Source of the DNA: Camelus ferus
Taxonomy: Eukaryota
DNA: 64,000 nt
NCBI RefSeq assembly: GCF_009834535.1
Contig: NC_045697.1
Coordinates: 100,938,001 to 101,002,000 of the forward strand
Direction: 5' to 3'
Position 1 is the stretch's first letter; the number at the start of each line of letters is the position of its first letter. The position numbers and the translations under genes are program-made. Below, one piece after another: positions 38,584 to 51,739 of this stretch. The notes beneath the pieces were generated by a model. That model had not been told where the DNA came from. It worked only from the letters and a program-made list of their open reading frames with translations, and did not search any database.

Positions 38584-39318
38584 ATAATGTGGGACTTTTG
38601 TTGATGAATAGGGGAAGGCAGTCACCCTAAATATACACCAGAATTGATACAGCAATAAGTTAAAGAAAAAGGGAAAGGAGAGGTATTTTAAAATCCATTT
38701 TACTGAGCAATGGCAAGGAATTATGTGGAGTGGCAATGAATACAACACCCTATCATTCACTCTAGAGCTATTCAGGTATGTTATGAAAATCATACATATT
38801 TTCTTGGAAAGTGTATCTCACAACTGAGTACATCAAAATACTTTACCACCTCCTGCCTGACAAATCCACATCTCACAGGGAAAAGGGTGATTCTATTGAC
38901 AGTCACCACGAAGTCAGAGAAACAGCAGAGGAGTCCACCTATGGTTTCTCTGGTTTCTCAAGATAGGTGCAAAAAGAATAAGCCTTGTTTTCCTTTTGAT
39001 TTTATTTTTTAAAATTCAAACAGCAGCAAAATTGGTAGCTATTAGCTATCATTAATACTATTTAAGAAAACTAATACTCATTTTGCATACTCACCTGTAA
39101 CTCAGTTCAGGTGCCATATTTACAAAGTATTGCCCAGAAACACAGCAATGAAAAAAAATAGTTTCTCTTGTAGTATTTAGGATCATTATTTGCTTAAATT
39201 GTTTCATTTTCACCTTTATATAACTGCTAAATTTTTAAATCCGGCCAATAGTCAAGCTTTTTAAAAAAGAACACACTAACATAATTTGCTCATTTTTCAA
39301 AAGAATATGATACAGTAC

Positions 39319-39423
39319 CTTTCAAGTGAGGGCTGTGTACATGCATTCTTTGTAGATGTAGATTTACCGGAACAAATTCTAATGTTTTCTCTCCTTTGCT
39401 GCTGCTTGATTTGAAAGAGGACC
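39319..39423 (-). CDS. INPP4B: INPP4B coding exon, 105 nt ([35 protein letters not shown])
   Basis: Acceptor ttttttttccacctag, donor AAG|gtactg; lies within ORF-track entry 39290..39502; phase 1 to 1. Confidence 0.96.
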
Positions 39424-39800
39424 CTAGGTGGAAAAAAAAATTGAGTATCATTAGTAAATAAATAATGTCTGTATGTGTGCTCACATAATTTGAAAAGTAC
39501 ACTTGACATAGAAAAATGTGACAAGAATTTCAGAAAGAAAAATAGATCCTGTATGAGTTGCTTTTATTAGAAATTTAATTTAAAAAAATTCTCAGTTATT
39601 CATTCCTATAATGATGCCATGAGGTAAAATAGTGTAATTTTTTCTTCCTTGTTTTTCATGCCAAGATGGTAGAGCTGGAAATAAAGATTTTTTTAAATCT
39701 TGGCTCTCCTATACCCACAACAACATTATTTATTATTGTTTTTATATAACATACATGAAATGCAATTCAGCTTGAATATGTAAACTTCTTGATTTCACAC

Positions 39801-39931
39801 CTGTTTCCTTGCTAAGTTCTGTCAGAATGTCTTGGTACATATTCACCATTTGATCACAGTGAATAAGGACATTTTTTCGTAGATTGTCCCAGTGTGGAGA
39901 TAGTTCACCAAGTTCTTTTAGCTCCTGGTTT
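39801..39931 (-). CDS. INPP4B: INPP4B coding exon, 131 nt ([44 protein letters not shown])
   Basis: Acceptor ccattcttaatag, donor CAG|gtgtga; phase 2 to 1; in frame with both neighbours. Confidence 0.96.
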
Positions 39932-40127
39932 CTATTAAGAATGGAAAAGAGGAGACAATATTTATTTTGATCTTAAATCCACAGACACAAAATGCTTAAT
40001 CAAAGTCGCCAAACTAATAAAAACTTGATTCACTATCCCTTTTAGGAAAGCTCTGCATACTTTTAGAAAAAAAAATCATTTTAACACAAAGGATGATATG
40101 AATAATTCAGGCCATATAAACATTAAC

Positions 40128-40219
40128 GAATATCTGTATGTATATGTATGACTGAAACATTATGCTGTACACCAGATATTAACACATTGTAACTGACTAT
40201 ACTTCAATAAAAAAAAAAA
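40128..40219 (+). mobile_element. 5'-truncated lineage-specific L1 3' end with poly(A)
   Basis: gtatgactgaaacattatgctgtacaccagatattaacacattgtaactgactatacttcaataaaaaaaaaaa. Confidence 0.8.
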
Positions 40220-42009
40220 GATTATGTCAAAGAGCAAAAAAAAAAGGTTAACTTTACTGATAAAAATTTCACAGAGATGGCAAAGACTAAGGCATATAAA
40301 GAGAATATTTCATTAAAAAAAACCCCCACTAAATCTCAGTAGAGAAATGGCTAAGTTCTAGGCTTTGATTCTCTAAGATAAAATAATGTGGAAAGGGCTA
40401 CCTGACTATGTCTGAAGTAATCTAGTTTATGTATCATATAGCTGTTATCTTTTTAAAGCACACAAATAGTATGATCAGGTATGATTTTATTGATCTCTGT
40501 TTCTCGCAAGAGGACAATTTAAGTAAATATTATCTGCCTATATTTTGCCCCCTTTTTTATCAAAAGGAAGAGCTAATCAAGTCATTTAGATTTTAATTAT
40601 TAACTTTTATCTAATTCTCTACCCTTTAGCCACGTTGATTTAAATCATCAGAATGCCTTTTTAAATTAACATGATAAATGTTTTAATATGCTGCTTGGTT
40701 AGATTTCTTATTCATTTCTGTAACCTTTTACCAACAACATTTTCATGAGGCTAATTTAACCAGCAATAATGAAGCTTCTCTGCTATTTTGGCTGTGAAAC
40801 ATGCTAAATACCAAGCTAATAAATTCTGAAGATGTAGAATCCTGAGCATCCTGTTTGTCGCAAGAATAATGGATGATGTGCAAAAATGTGACTTGCTTTC
40901 AAATGTTTGTAGCCACCTTTGTTTTGCTTCAGTGAGAATTTGACTCAGTACTGCTGCAGCTTCCATCCGAGGTCTTCACCATTTTTGTGAACCTTAATCT
41001 CATTCTCAACTTTCCCACAGGTTAGCTTTCATCACACAACATTCGAGGGAGAAGTAATTAATCAATGGACAATGAGAGTAAAGGAAGTTTGTGACCAAAG
41101 GGGTGTTAGGAGGGAAGGCTGAAGAATTGGAGAGTCAAGTTCTCTGTGTGCACTCAAGTGGCAGGTATTCAAATTCAGAACAAAACTACAACCCAGACAG
41201 ACAGAAAATTCCCAAAGCTCGAGATGTCCAAGTCTAGAAGAACCTGGACAACTAGGTCAAATCTGAGGTAGACAGCAAACATCAACTTAGTATGTAAGGT
41301 TTCAGATTTTACTTCCAATATACAGTTACAACAGAAAGACCAGCTAAGCATTCCTATTTAATACTAATAAATGCACCACAGGTTTACAATTTATGTTGTC
41401 TCTGAATCTTTATCAGAAATAATAATTAAAAAGTAAGTGGTGACAGAGGGAAGGAGTGAAGCCCTGATTATGGTGTGGGATACTGGGGTGCTGGACACTT
41501 CCTTGCCCAAGAGAAATCTGACAGTGTGGTCAGAAAAGCTTAGTGTTCTGCAGGGCGTGACTGGAGGGAAGCTGGGAGGAATCTCTAAAATGGTGTTTTA
41601 AATGTATTATACTCCTCTAATACGTCAAAACTTATATACAGGAATAGATGAGACCTGGCTTTCACTGCTTGTTTGTTCTAAGAGATGACTTTAAATAGAC
41701 ATGTGCTGAAAAGGACAAAAAACCAACATAAAGTTTCTTTGCATTAAAAAAAAAGTTCAAATATAGGGAACTATAGAAAAAAGATGTAATAATGCAGAGT
41801 AGAGTAATGAAAAAGTTGTAAAACAAAATGGGGCAGAGCCAAAAAGGCAACTGTAAGTATTTTTTAAATGAAAGAAGTTAATTACATTAATTAATTGAAA
41901 TAGATAAAGAGAGAAGGCCATCGGGTGCACCCAAGTCAGTAAGCTTTTCAGCCAGGACGGCTAGGGCTCTTTAGACTTCATTTTAATTTGTCGCTCAATT
42001 AAGAAAAAT

Positions 42010-42660
42010 TCTGGAGTTTAGGAGCCTTGTTTTGCACCCCAATCCCGGTTCTCTGGAAGGCAGGGCCTGCGATCAAGCAATCCCAGGTCAGCCAGAGAGA
42101 GTAAGAGAAGTTGCAGGCAAAAAGAGAAAGCAAACACAGGACGGTCCGTTAACGCACTGGGCAGAACTTCACAAGAAACCACAGCCAGTTACTTGGCCGA
42201 GTGGAACGACTCTAGGGACGTCATATGGAATCTTTGCACCTTGGGACAGCTTGTTAGGTGGAGGAAGAGACGTTTATGTGCCAGTTCCTTACCATCGTCT
42301 CTCTTTCACTGGTAAAGATTCACCCTGTGGGACAGAAAGTCCCCCACACTTCCAGTAATATCATCTGTCTCCTCTGGGCAGCCACTGGGGAAGCCATACC
42401 CCAGTGGAGACTGAATGTTCCTGGGTCTGGTCTGGTTTAAGACATGGGTGTCAGAGCCATTCTGGATCTTTCCATGGCAGATGCCATTGGGGGTATGCTA
42501 ATGGCTGGTCTTCACCTTGAAGGATGCTGATAAACTGCTGGCATCAGGAGACAAGGTGACAATGGTGGCAATATCTGGGGCTCTCTGTGGACCAAGTGGT
42601 CAAAACTTTAAGACATGTTGGGGTTGAGCCAGCATAGAAAAGCACATAAATGGGGCCCGG
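42010..42660 (-). mobile_element. ERVL-class LTR (LTR33/LTR16-like), probable 3' LTR of the adjacent provirus remnant
   Basis: ctggaaggcagggcctgcgatcaag...atcccaggtcagccagagagagtaagagaagt resembles ERVL LTR text; it adjoins the integrase end of the internal region. Confidence 0.55.
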
Positions 42661-44830
42661 GACAGGCAACCTCTTGCACAATTCACTTGCATCATTTTAT
42701 GAAATCCAGATAGCACAGAAAACAACATTCCTCATCTTCCCCAAGAGGGAAGTTCAAGTACAACCCTTCGAAGTGGTGGCCAGTTGCAATTCCCCAAAGA
42801 TTTAAAGAGAGGTAGTGAACCAAGCACAGTATTCAACACTCCAGCTGATTTGGGGAGCCTTCACTGATATTCATCACCAATCTTTCCTACCATTGATTCC
42901 AGATTTGCCTCGTACTCCACCAGCATTCAGCTGGTCGGTGTTGCTGCCTTGTGAGGTCACCCAGACCTTAATCCCAAGGGATTAGGGCCCTTGTTTCCTT
43001 GACTTTATGAAATTTTGGTTGTGGCAATTTCCCATTCACATCTGTGCATGGGACACCTCTGAATTCCAGATCTATGTCTCTTTGCTCAGATTGTGACACT
43101 GCAGCCCTATTTTCGCATGGTGATGAGCACAGTATCTCTTAATATCTTTGCTGGTCCATTTAATTAGGAATGTAGCCAGATCACATGTGAAACTCATCAC
43201 AGCTTCCAGTTAAGCAGGACTCTGACAGAAGTGCCTCTACCCATTCTCCACAAACCAGGATTCTAACGGGAAGCACAGATCCCCAAGTGGGGTACTGTGA
43301 TGGGTTATAAAGGCCCACCCTTTCTTGCAGAGATGGTCATTTTAGCTATGGTAGGCACAACATCCTATATAAGCTGTTGGTTTACTATAGAAATTTCACC
43401 CTGGAGGGCAGTACTCCCACTCTAAAGTTTTTCCTCAAGCTGGTACTTGAGCTGAGTCTTTCATGGATAATATTACTCCCCTGGTCTATCAAGTCTGTAG
43501 CTTTTGGGTGGTGGGGCATGGAGTGACTGCAAACTCACTGTTGCACCTCCTTTGGTGAAACAAGTGTCTTTTGTGTGTGACACCATATCATTGAATCAGG
43601 CATTCTGTAAGCACTGGTATGGTGAGCAGAAAAGGCAAACAAATGCAGGCTATTCATGTGCCTAGGATGAACTGCTGCCCTCTCGAAGGTCAAAGGGATC
43701 CACCTCAATTGATCTGCCACCAAATAGCTGCAGGGTCTCCCCCACGGAATGGTACCATATTTGTGTCCATTGCCTACCTACTTCTAGCCTTTAACATTTA
43801 GCAGTGACAGTAGCTATAACAGCCTTGGAGAAGGAGACCATATCTTTAGGTCCATGTACAGCCCCTTTGTCTGCCACCAAGGACATCCTCTTCATGGTCT
43901 ATTGCACAAACTCCGTGGTGTCCAAGAAAGGAGTCTGGCTAGTATCCATGGGCAGGTGATAATGTCTGTCCGGTCAGAGAGAGTTTCCTCTGTAGTATTT
44001 GCTTTCTGACAGGCATGGCTCTGAAGCATAAAGGCACCTTGTGCTCACTCCTATAAGCCCACTCACACACCCTTGCCCAAACTCCTTGTATCCAATCTTC
44101 TAGTCTTATTTCTTCCAGGCCCTTGAAGCCATTCATTTTGCTAATACTCAGTGTATATCTATACCTAAAGCCATCTTTTCCTCTAAGTGAATAACAATTA
44201 TACTGTTTTTAAGATCTGCCCACTGGATGGATTTTCTTCATTGCTGACCTTAAGATCCACCTAACACATGAGGCTGACCCATCTTTTTAAGGGTTTGAGT
44301 TTTTTCTTCCTTCATGAGTTAATCATACAAAAACTTCCACAGTATAAGTATGAATGAGAGAGTAGCATCATGAAACAGAGGGACAGACATGAGGCCAGTG
44401 ACATGAGACTCTGGGACAGTGCTTCAATGATATATACTCGTAACTCTGGATCGGCTTGGGCCCAATTCCAAATGAACCACTCACATTTCACAATACGTTA
44501 CTCCTACATCATACATGGGATCACATCAATAGCCAGTTCATGATGGGCAGCTCCAGTCACAGTGTGGACTCTATGTCCCATCATTAAGGGTTTCATCTCC
44601 AGTGAGGGCCCAGCCTTATATTAGGATGATGCAGGAGGCACCAGTACATTTCAGAACCCTAAAGGTCTGCACTGAAATGATCCTATTTGGATTTGCCAAA
44701 AACTCCACACAGCAGCATGGTTTCTCACCATAGACACTTTCAGGCCCATGGCTGGATCTCCTTGATCATGTACCCAAGGGTTTGCAACACAGCCAGGATC
44801 TTTTGAAATGTCCCTCTTGTTTGGGCTCTA
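42661..44830 (-). mobile_element. ERVL internal pol remnant (RNase H-integrase), heavily decayed
   Basis: The minus-strand frame near 44205-44240 reads RKSIQWADL (ERVL GKSSQWAEL). ORF-track 43939..44136 and 43535..43723 keep RNase H and integrase-like pieces (VWAR, FAFSA, KEVQQ). Confidence 0.85.
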
Positions 44831-45884
44831 TATGATACACTCTGTTTCTGCACTAGTGGTTTTATGTATCTATATGCATGTGTGTGTATACATATATATG
44901 ACATTTATATGTATTTATTATATGTATTTAATGGTATGCACATCAGAAATACAGTTCAAAAGCACATCTACTTACGTGCATAAATAAAAAAGGTCTTTTT
45001 TGTGTGTACATGTATGTGCTATATTAACTGATTTCCCCCATCATTTGTCACTGAACCAACAAATGTTAGAGGTGGAGCAACCACATGTACCAGCTTACAT
45101 CCATTATTACACTGTAATTATTAGCACCTCCTTCGTTTGCAAAATATCCCATTAGATTACCCAAGTTCTAGGATACCAGAGTTAATATTTCCTTTCTGAC
45201 ACAGTAAAAGAAAACAACCACTACAGACTCACAGTTGGAAGGAAATAATTTAGCAAATAATTTGAAACCTCTTATTTCACAGATGGTGGCCTCTAAATAA
45301 AACTGATTGTTTGTCTCAGAGTCACTAGAAAGCCATAAGGCTTTTAGACTATAATCTCCATGTCCACTCTTTCCTCACCCTATAAAACTCTCCACTGTAT
45401 AAACAAAGAAACACAAAACAAATTAACAAAATCACAAGCCGCACAAGTGCCTTTCTTATTGAAGGTACTCCATGAACATATGCTGAGTGAGTGGGGTTTA
45501 GAACCTGGACCTATTGCCTTCCAGAATTACATTTACCAACTTCCATGTACTTTTAACATTAAACCTGAACAAAGGATACATTGTAATTTTGCATTCTTTA
45601 CTTCTGAATCTTTTAGTTTGAATGGCACAGTTATTAGATATGCAGTAATCATCTCTAAAATACATTCAAGAGCACAGTGGTGTCTAGTACATGAGACCCG
45701 CAGATGTGGCCCCTGTGGACCAGTCTGCATGTTGTTACATTTAGCTAAACAGAAATCTGGCATCAACGCTAGAGTTAATTAGTTACACATCTTTACTAAA
45801 CCTTTGGTATGTATGGAAAAGGTGATGAGCTTTGTAAAAGCGGTTTTAATCCATAGGAAAATATTTTTTTAAAGTACTCCTTCC

Positions 45885-45950
45885 CTGTACAACAGAAATT
45901 AACACAACCTTGTAAATCAACTATACTTCAATTAAATAAATAAATAAGTA
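45885..45950 (+). mobile_element. Short L1 3'-terminal insertion
   Basis: ctgtacaacagaaattaacacaaccttgtaaatcaactatacttcaattaaataaataaa. Confidence 0.75.
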
Positions 45951-46854
45951 AAATGTAAACTACTTCTTTCTCATCTATAAACATTCTCATTTCACTCACA
46001 GTAACAACAATTTTCTATTTTCAAAAGCTCTTTCCTTCAAGTGCTACCTTACAACAATAACAACAAAAATTTCTCTGTGGAAAATTCACTGCCCTGCTAA
46101 ACACATATAATCTCTTATGAACTCTTGCTTTACTCTCACTAAAGTTCTGTTTCTAAAACTGATCTTCCAGCTTGTCTCTAACCCTTTCTAATTCTCCGAG
46201 ACTCCAATAGGTGGGCACAGGAAGGTGAAAAGACTGAATATTCAAATATTAATAAGCTTAGGCCTGCTTACACACTAAAGTTTTTTTGGAACTTACTGCC
46301 ATCCATCCACTTGCACTTCACTACCTACAAAAATACAAGGCAAATCATAGAAAATAAATCTCCAAGAGAGACAGGTGATTGCAAGAGCCTCCTTGAAAAC
46401 TATCTAACATTCTATGGTTCCTGACATTCCAACTATAAAGTATGACATTCTTGATACTTGATGAAATATTCATACAGATCTCTGGAAATAACCTTATGGT
46501 GCACTTTTCTTTTGTCTATATGGTTTGCTTTATCTTACTTTGTTTAAATATTTCAAAAATACATGCTCTTCTTCTTTAGGGAAATTGCAATTCCTGGAGA
46601 GGTCACTGTGATCCTCTGAACCTTCCATAATGTGGATACACTACTAAGTTTATAATGTGTTTGAAACACAGACTATTAAATAACATGGAGATAAAATGTG
46701 ATCCCTCCCCCCCAAAAAAACCAGACTCTATGAAGAATGAAGAAAACTGAATCACGAAATAAGTCATAGAGGAATTGGAAGGGAAACAGCCAAACCTGCT
46801 TTACAGTTTTTACATATAACGCATAAAACATTGAAAAGAATGTTAAACAAATAA

Positions 46855-47090
46855 ATGGTTTTTAAACTTCGTTCTTTACACCCCTGAGGCTGTTGAGGAT
46901 AGAAGGATGGGGCAGGTGTTGGACCACAGGGAAGCCAAGTAAGTGAATAGGCAGCAGGCTGTTTTCCTTCATCCAGCCACCCACCAGCTCTAACTGAATC
47001 TCTCTGATTAATATTGGAATTCCATGTGCAGTTCTGTTTGGGAAAAAAAGTTCCTGCTGTTAAAAAATAAAACTAAGTTTGAGACTACCA
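46855..47090 (+). mobile_element. MER103C-like hAT-Charlie element
   Basis: tggtttttaaact start; atattggaattccatgt...gaaaaaaagttcctgctg...aagtttgagactac end. Confidence 0.65.
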
Positions 47091-47563
47091 AAATAGAACA
47101 CAGATAAAAGAGGAGAAAGTTAAGCATTTATTTAAAGCTTCCATTTAAAAGATAGTTTTAAAACCTACTGATGATGTATTCAAGGGGGAAAATTCCAACA
47201 TAGGGAAAATTTGCTCTGAGTCTGTGAGTTGCAGGGACTTGTCTTAGTCATCATTTTGTCCTGCCACAGTTCTCAGTCCATAGAAAGTGTTACATCAGCT
47301 TGTTGACTGAATAAGTAAAAGGTTTGCTTGCAGACTGATGTTCTTAGATTTTCCTGAAATTCGAGATAAAGTCAGAATATAAACTAACCCTAAAGTAGAA
47401 TGCTGAGCTCTGCTCCAGTTAAAATGGATACAGGCAATAGATACATGAGTCACTGTTGGGTCCTGTAACCTTACATGGTCTAGGTCTGTACCCCTAGTTT
47501 GGGCAAGTCTTCCTTAGGGATAGAGAAAGCTCTGAAAATGTATCTTCATGTGGCATTTCTTAC

Positions 47564-47936
47564 TGTGGTGGTTAATTTTATGTGTCAACTTGGCTAGACC
47601 ACAAGGTGTCCAGATATTTGGTCAAATGTGGTTGTAGATGTTTCTATGAGGGTGTTTTTGGATGAGTTTAACCCTTAAATCAATAGGCTGAGTGAAGCAG
47701 ATTGCCCTACCTATGCTGGGTGGGCCTCATCCAATCAGTTGAAGACTCAAACACAGCAGAAAGGCTGACTCTCTCCTGAATAAAAGAGAACTTCTCCTGT
47801 CAGACTGAACTTGAACTGAAACCCTGGCTTTCCCTGGGTCTCAAGCCTGCTGACCTTTGGACTAGAACTACAGGATAGGCTCTTCTGGGTCTCCACTTGC
47901 TGACTAACCCTGAAGGTCTCAGACTGAGTCTTCACA

Positions 47937-47979
<43 letters not shown>

Positions 47980-48015
47980 CTGGCTTTGTGTTTCTAGAGA
48001 ATCCTGAGTAATACA
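47564..48015 (+). mobile_element. MLT2 (ERVL) solo LTR with internal (CA)18
   Basis: TGTGGTGGTTAATTTTATGTGTCAACTTGGCTAG start; ggtgggcctcatccaatcagttgaag; ...agaatcctgagtaataCA end. Confidence 0.92.
47941..47977. repeat. (CA)18 microsatellite
   Basis: Read directly from the sequence. Confidence 0.97.
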
Positions 48016-49802
48016 CTATGTAGATGTTCCATCGCAAAGATTTCCCTCTGTTTGGTGTAAAAGAAATTGGCGGGGAAGGATTTGAGATGGGAACATCTAG
48101 CATATAGTTTAGGCTCTTTCACAACCTTTTATCCCTCCCATCACATCTTACAAATGCCCTGCTGACATCTTCAAAAGAAAAATGACCACAGAGATGCTCT
48201 GCTTGTCTAAGGAACATACAGAATAAATAATATCTCTAGTTCTGAGGCCAAAGCTCCACCTTTGAGCACCTATTTTATTAAAAGTGTAAACCTAGAGTAA
48301 TCAACTTAAAAAAAATCTGGTTATGTAAAGTCAAAAATTTCTGAAATTATGAATAGTAATTATTGTAAGAAAGAGTGCCCAAGAATAACAGTTAATTCAC
48401 TTCCAAGACTGTAGTAAGACCAAATAACTTAATAAAAGTTTATCTCTTAAAGGATACAGCCCAGTAAGAAAGACATTAAAATGTTATTTGAAATTGTTAC
48501 TATCTAAGTAAATGGAAATATTTTCCCACAATGAGCTGTACAATACCATTGTATAGAATAAAAATAGCCACACAATTTACAAAGAGCCTTTTGGTAGTTA
48601 TTACACTCTAAAACTACATGTGGGTGTACATGGGTGACAAATTTAATGGCCAAACTGCTTTCATTCATTAAACAAGAGTAGACCTTAAAGCAAATGGGAA
48701 AGAAGTCATAAAAAATTTACATAAAAAAAAGAAATGAGAAAAAAAATTAAATACTAAATAGTCAATGGAGAAGAGACTACATAAATGATTGGTGGGGGGC
48801 TTCATTTTGTAAAGTGGTCAGGTGACACCATAAAACTGAACAAATTTCAACTACATGTCAAATTTCACAGTATTTTCAACCCACAGTTCAAACTGTCTGT
48901 GCTTTAACCCACAGAGGGATAAAAGCTGCATCCATAAATCACAGGCTTTTTTTTTTTAATGGATTTTTGTAAATGACAATGTGGGTAATGTTGCAATTCA
49001 TGGGCCACTATTTCACTGAAAAATGACTGGATATTCTGAATGGTCATTCACTGATTTTTCAATTGACATTAAAATAAGCGGCTGTTGTACTGTACCCTCA
49101 AGGTTTCAAGTTTATATGCAAAGACTAAGAATTGGAACCCAGTAACCACAGGATCTAGTTGTTGTCATGAAATCTGTTTGTATCTGATAAGTAGGGAGAT
49201 TCTATAATTTAATTCTAGGTAACCAAACTAGAAAAAAAATGAGGAATGATAAGCATGTCTTAGTCCGTCCTGAGATTTTATTTGCTGTTCCTGATAAAGA
49301 TAATTTGGTGCTGATTTACTTCTAAATAATGTCTTATTTATCCTTCAAAGTTTGTCAAACATGGACGTTTTTCAAAATACCTTACAGCTCAGTGTTCTAC
49401 TTATGCTTTAAGGTGGTGGCATGTTATATGAAGTTCCTGCTAAATCCACCTTTATTAATACATGCCTTTTCATTCAGGACAGCCTTAAAAATTACTAACT
49501 GCACCTGAAAGGCTAGTAAAACAAGAACGTATGCTCACACTATCATCACTTTTCATTACTCCTGCCCATACTTTTAGAAAGTGCAAACATCTGTGGGTAT
49601 TTCCCCTTTGAATCCCCAGCCCTGGACCTGGAGTACAGGTGTCACCCGGTTCAGTTTCACAGGTAGATGGAGTTCAAGAAACTCAGCAAAGCGCTTGGCA
49701 GTAGAGCTCTCTGGTGGACACCAAAAGTCTTTCCAGGTAATTAAGGTTACTTGTGCATAGGTGTCTCTTTGGTCCCAATACAATCCTCAGATATACTGGT
49801 TC

Positions 49803-49942
49803 CAGAGCTGTACTAAACAAAATTAAAAATTCAGTCACACTGGGCACAATTTAAGTGCTCAATAACCACGTGGCTGTCATACAAGGCAGTACAGTATAGA
49901 ACATTTCCATCATCATGGAAAGTTCTATGGAATGACGCTGCT
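49803..49942 (-). mobile_element. MER3 hAT-Charlie element (internally deleted)
   Basis: tagaacatttccatcatcatggaaagttctat...gacgctg; aagtgctcaataaccacgtggct. Confidence 0.75.
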
Positions 49943-50299
49943 CTAGACAAATGAGAAGAATGTAAGTCAGAAGTAGAGTGACTTGTTCAACACCACATTG
50001 TTAGGAAGTGGCAGAATCAAGACTTGTACATAGGTCACATGACTGCAAATTTTGTTCTTTTTTATGTCAATTCCTGGTGAGTATGATTTCTTTTAAGAAA
50101 GTATCCCTGAATAGGAGGACAAGATTGGAATCTCTCGCCCAAGGGATTCATATGAATGTAACTTCCACCCAGGTCAACAGAGAGCCAGTGCAAATATTTG
50201 GCTCAAGTGTGCCCTTACCAGACAGCCTTGGCTAACATAATGGTTGGGATGTCAAACAACAAAACAAAACGTTATGTATTTTCTATTCATTTAACAAAT

Positions 50300-50550
50300 A
50301 TTTATGTAATGCTTCTAATGCTTATTCATGCCAGGTACTATAATAAGAACTTGACAAATATTCATTCATTTGCTATGCATAACAGCCCAGAGAAGTAGGT
50401 GTTATTATTATCACCCTTATTTTACAAATAAGGAAATTGAGACTCTTGGAAGATAAGTAAGTTACCCAAAGTCATCCAGACAGTAAGTAGCAGAGTTGGT
50501 ATTAAGCCCAGGAGGTTTGTCTAGGGTGCCCATGCTTTAAACTACTACGC
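50300..50550 (-). mobile_element. MIR SINE
   Basis: cccttattttacaaataaggaaattgagact...aagtaagttacccaaagtca. Confidence 0.8.
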
Positions 50551-50811
50551 TAGATAGATTCTCCAATAGAAACATAACACAATCTCATTCTCACTAGAAA
50601 TCACAGCAAGAACATACATCTTGATATTATCAACTTGCGGGAAAAAAAATCAACAACAAAACGTTTCTGTCTTTTGCTAACAAGGGTAAAGCTTGATGTC
50701 AACCTTCTCCTTCTTTACATTAAATTCCAATGGGCAGGAAGAAAGGAGGAGTTTATGTTACTGGAGTTCTTCTTTTTAAATTTAGAGATGCCACTGCTGG
50801 TTACCCTAGAT

Positions 50812-51028
50812 CAGTGCTGTGCAACAGAACTCTCTGTGATGATGGAAATTTTCCAAAGCTGCACTTTTAATTAGGATAATTAATAGTTGTATGTGACTAT
50901 TGAGCACTTACAATGTGACTGAGGTGATGGAGAAACTAAATTTTTAATTTCATTTAATTCTAACAAATTTTAACTTAACTTGCAATAGCCACATGGGGCA
51001 AGTAGCTTCCGTATTCAATAGCACAGAC
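50812..51028 (+). mobile_element. MER3 hAT-Charlie element
   Basis: cagtgctgtgcaacagaactctctgtgatgatggaaat...tgactattgagcactt...aatagccacatg...atagcacag. Confidence 0.85.
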
Positions 51029-51739
51029 CTAGCTGGTTCAACTAACAGCCAAAGAGGGTCCTTTTTCCTTCTAAATTTGTGCTTGCTGACTATTTCCTCC
51101 ATCAATGAATTATACTTATCTTTTCAGTCATGTAGGTCAGGATGCTTAAGTTATCCTGAACACCTTATCTCCAGATATAATCCATCAACAAACCCTGCTG
51201 AGTTTAGTTCCCTAAAAAAAATCCCAAATGTTTGTACATTTCACCATTTCCCCCACACCCCACTGTGGTCTCAGGCACCATCATTATTAACCTAGGCAAC
51301 CACAATATTCTCTGAATTGTTTTATCCCTCCACTCATGCCTTCCTTTTTCTAAATGTAATCATGTCATTCTCTTCTCACAATTTCAGCTGTTCTTGGGAA
51401 AAGAGTACGTTCCTGAGTGCTTATTTTATGCCAGGTATTATGCTAGATTCCAGGAATAACACAATAAGAAAATTGACAAGTTCTTTCTTTTCTGTGTCCC
51501 AGAAGGCTCTAACTAATCTGAACCTGACTATCATTCCCAAATCAGTCTCAGCTCTAAGCACATCAGCTTTGTGGGAGAAGACATGCCCAGGCCACTTTTC
51601 TGCCCGCAGGAAATCTGTGACATCATATGGTAAACATACCTATGAGGCATATGCTATGTTAGCAAACTAAAGGAAATTGAAATAAATTATAGGCTTGGTT
51701 TTGTGTCTGAAAGACTACCAACACTCAGCTAAAGTGAAA

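Noticed and set aside
49663..49736. Plus-strand exon-like segment (tttcacag...CAG|gtaatt) of a possible antisense transcript
   Set aside because: Isolated, with no partner exons, promoter or recognisable product.
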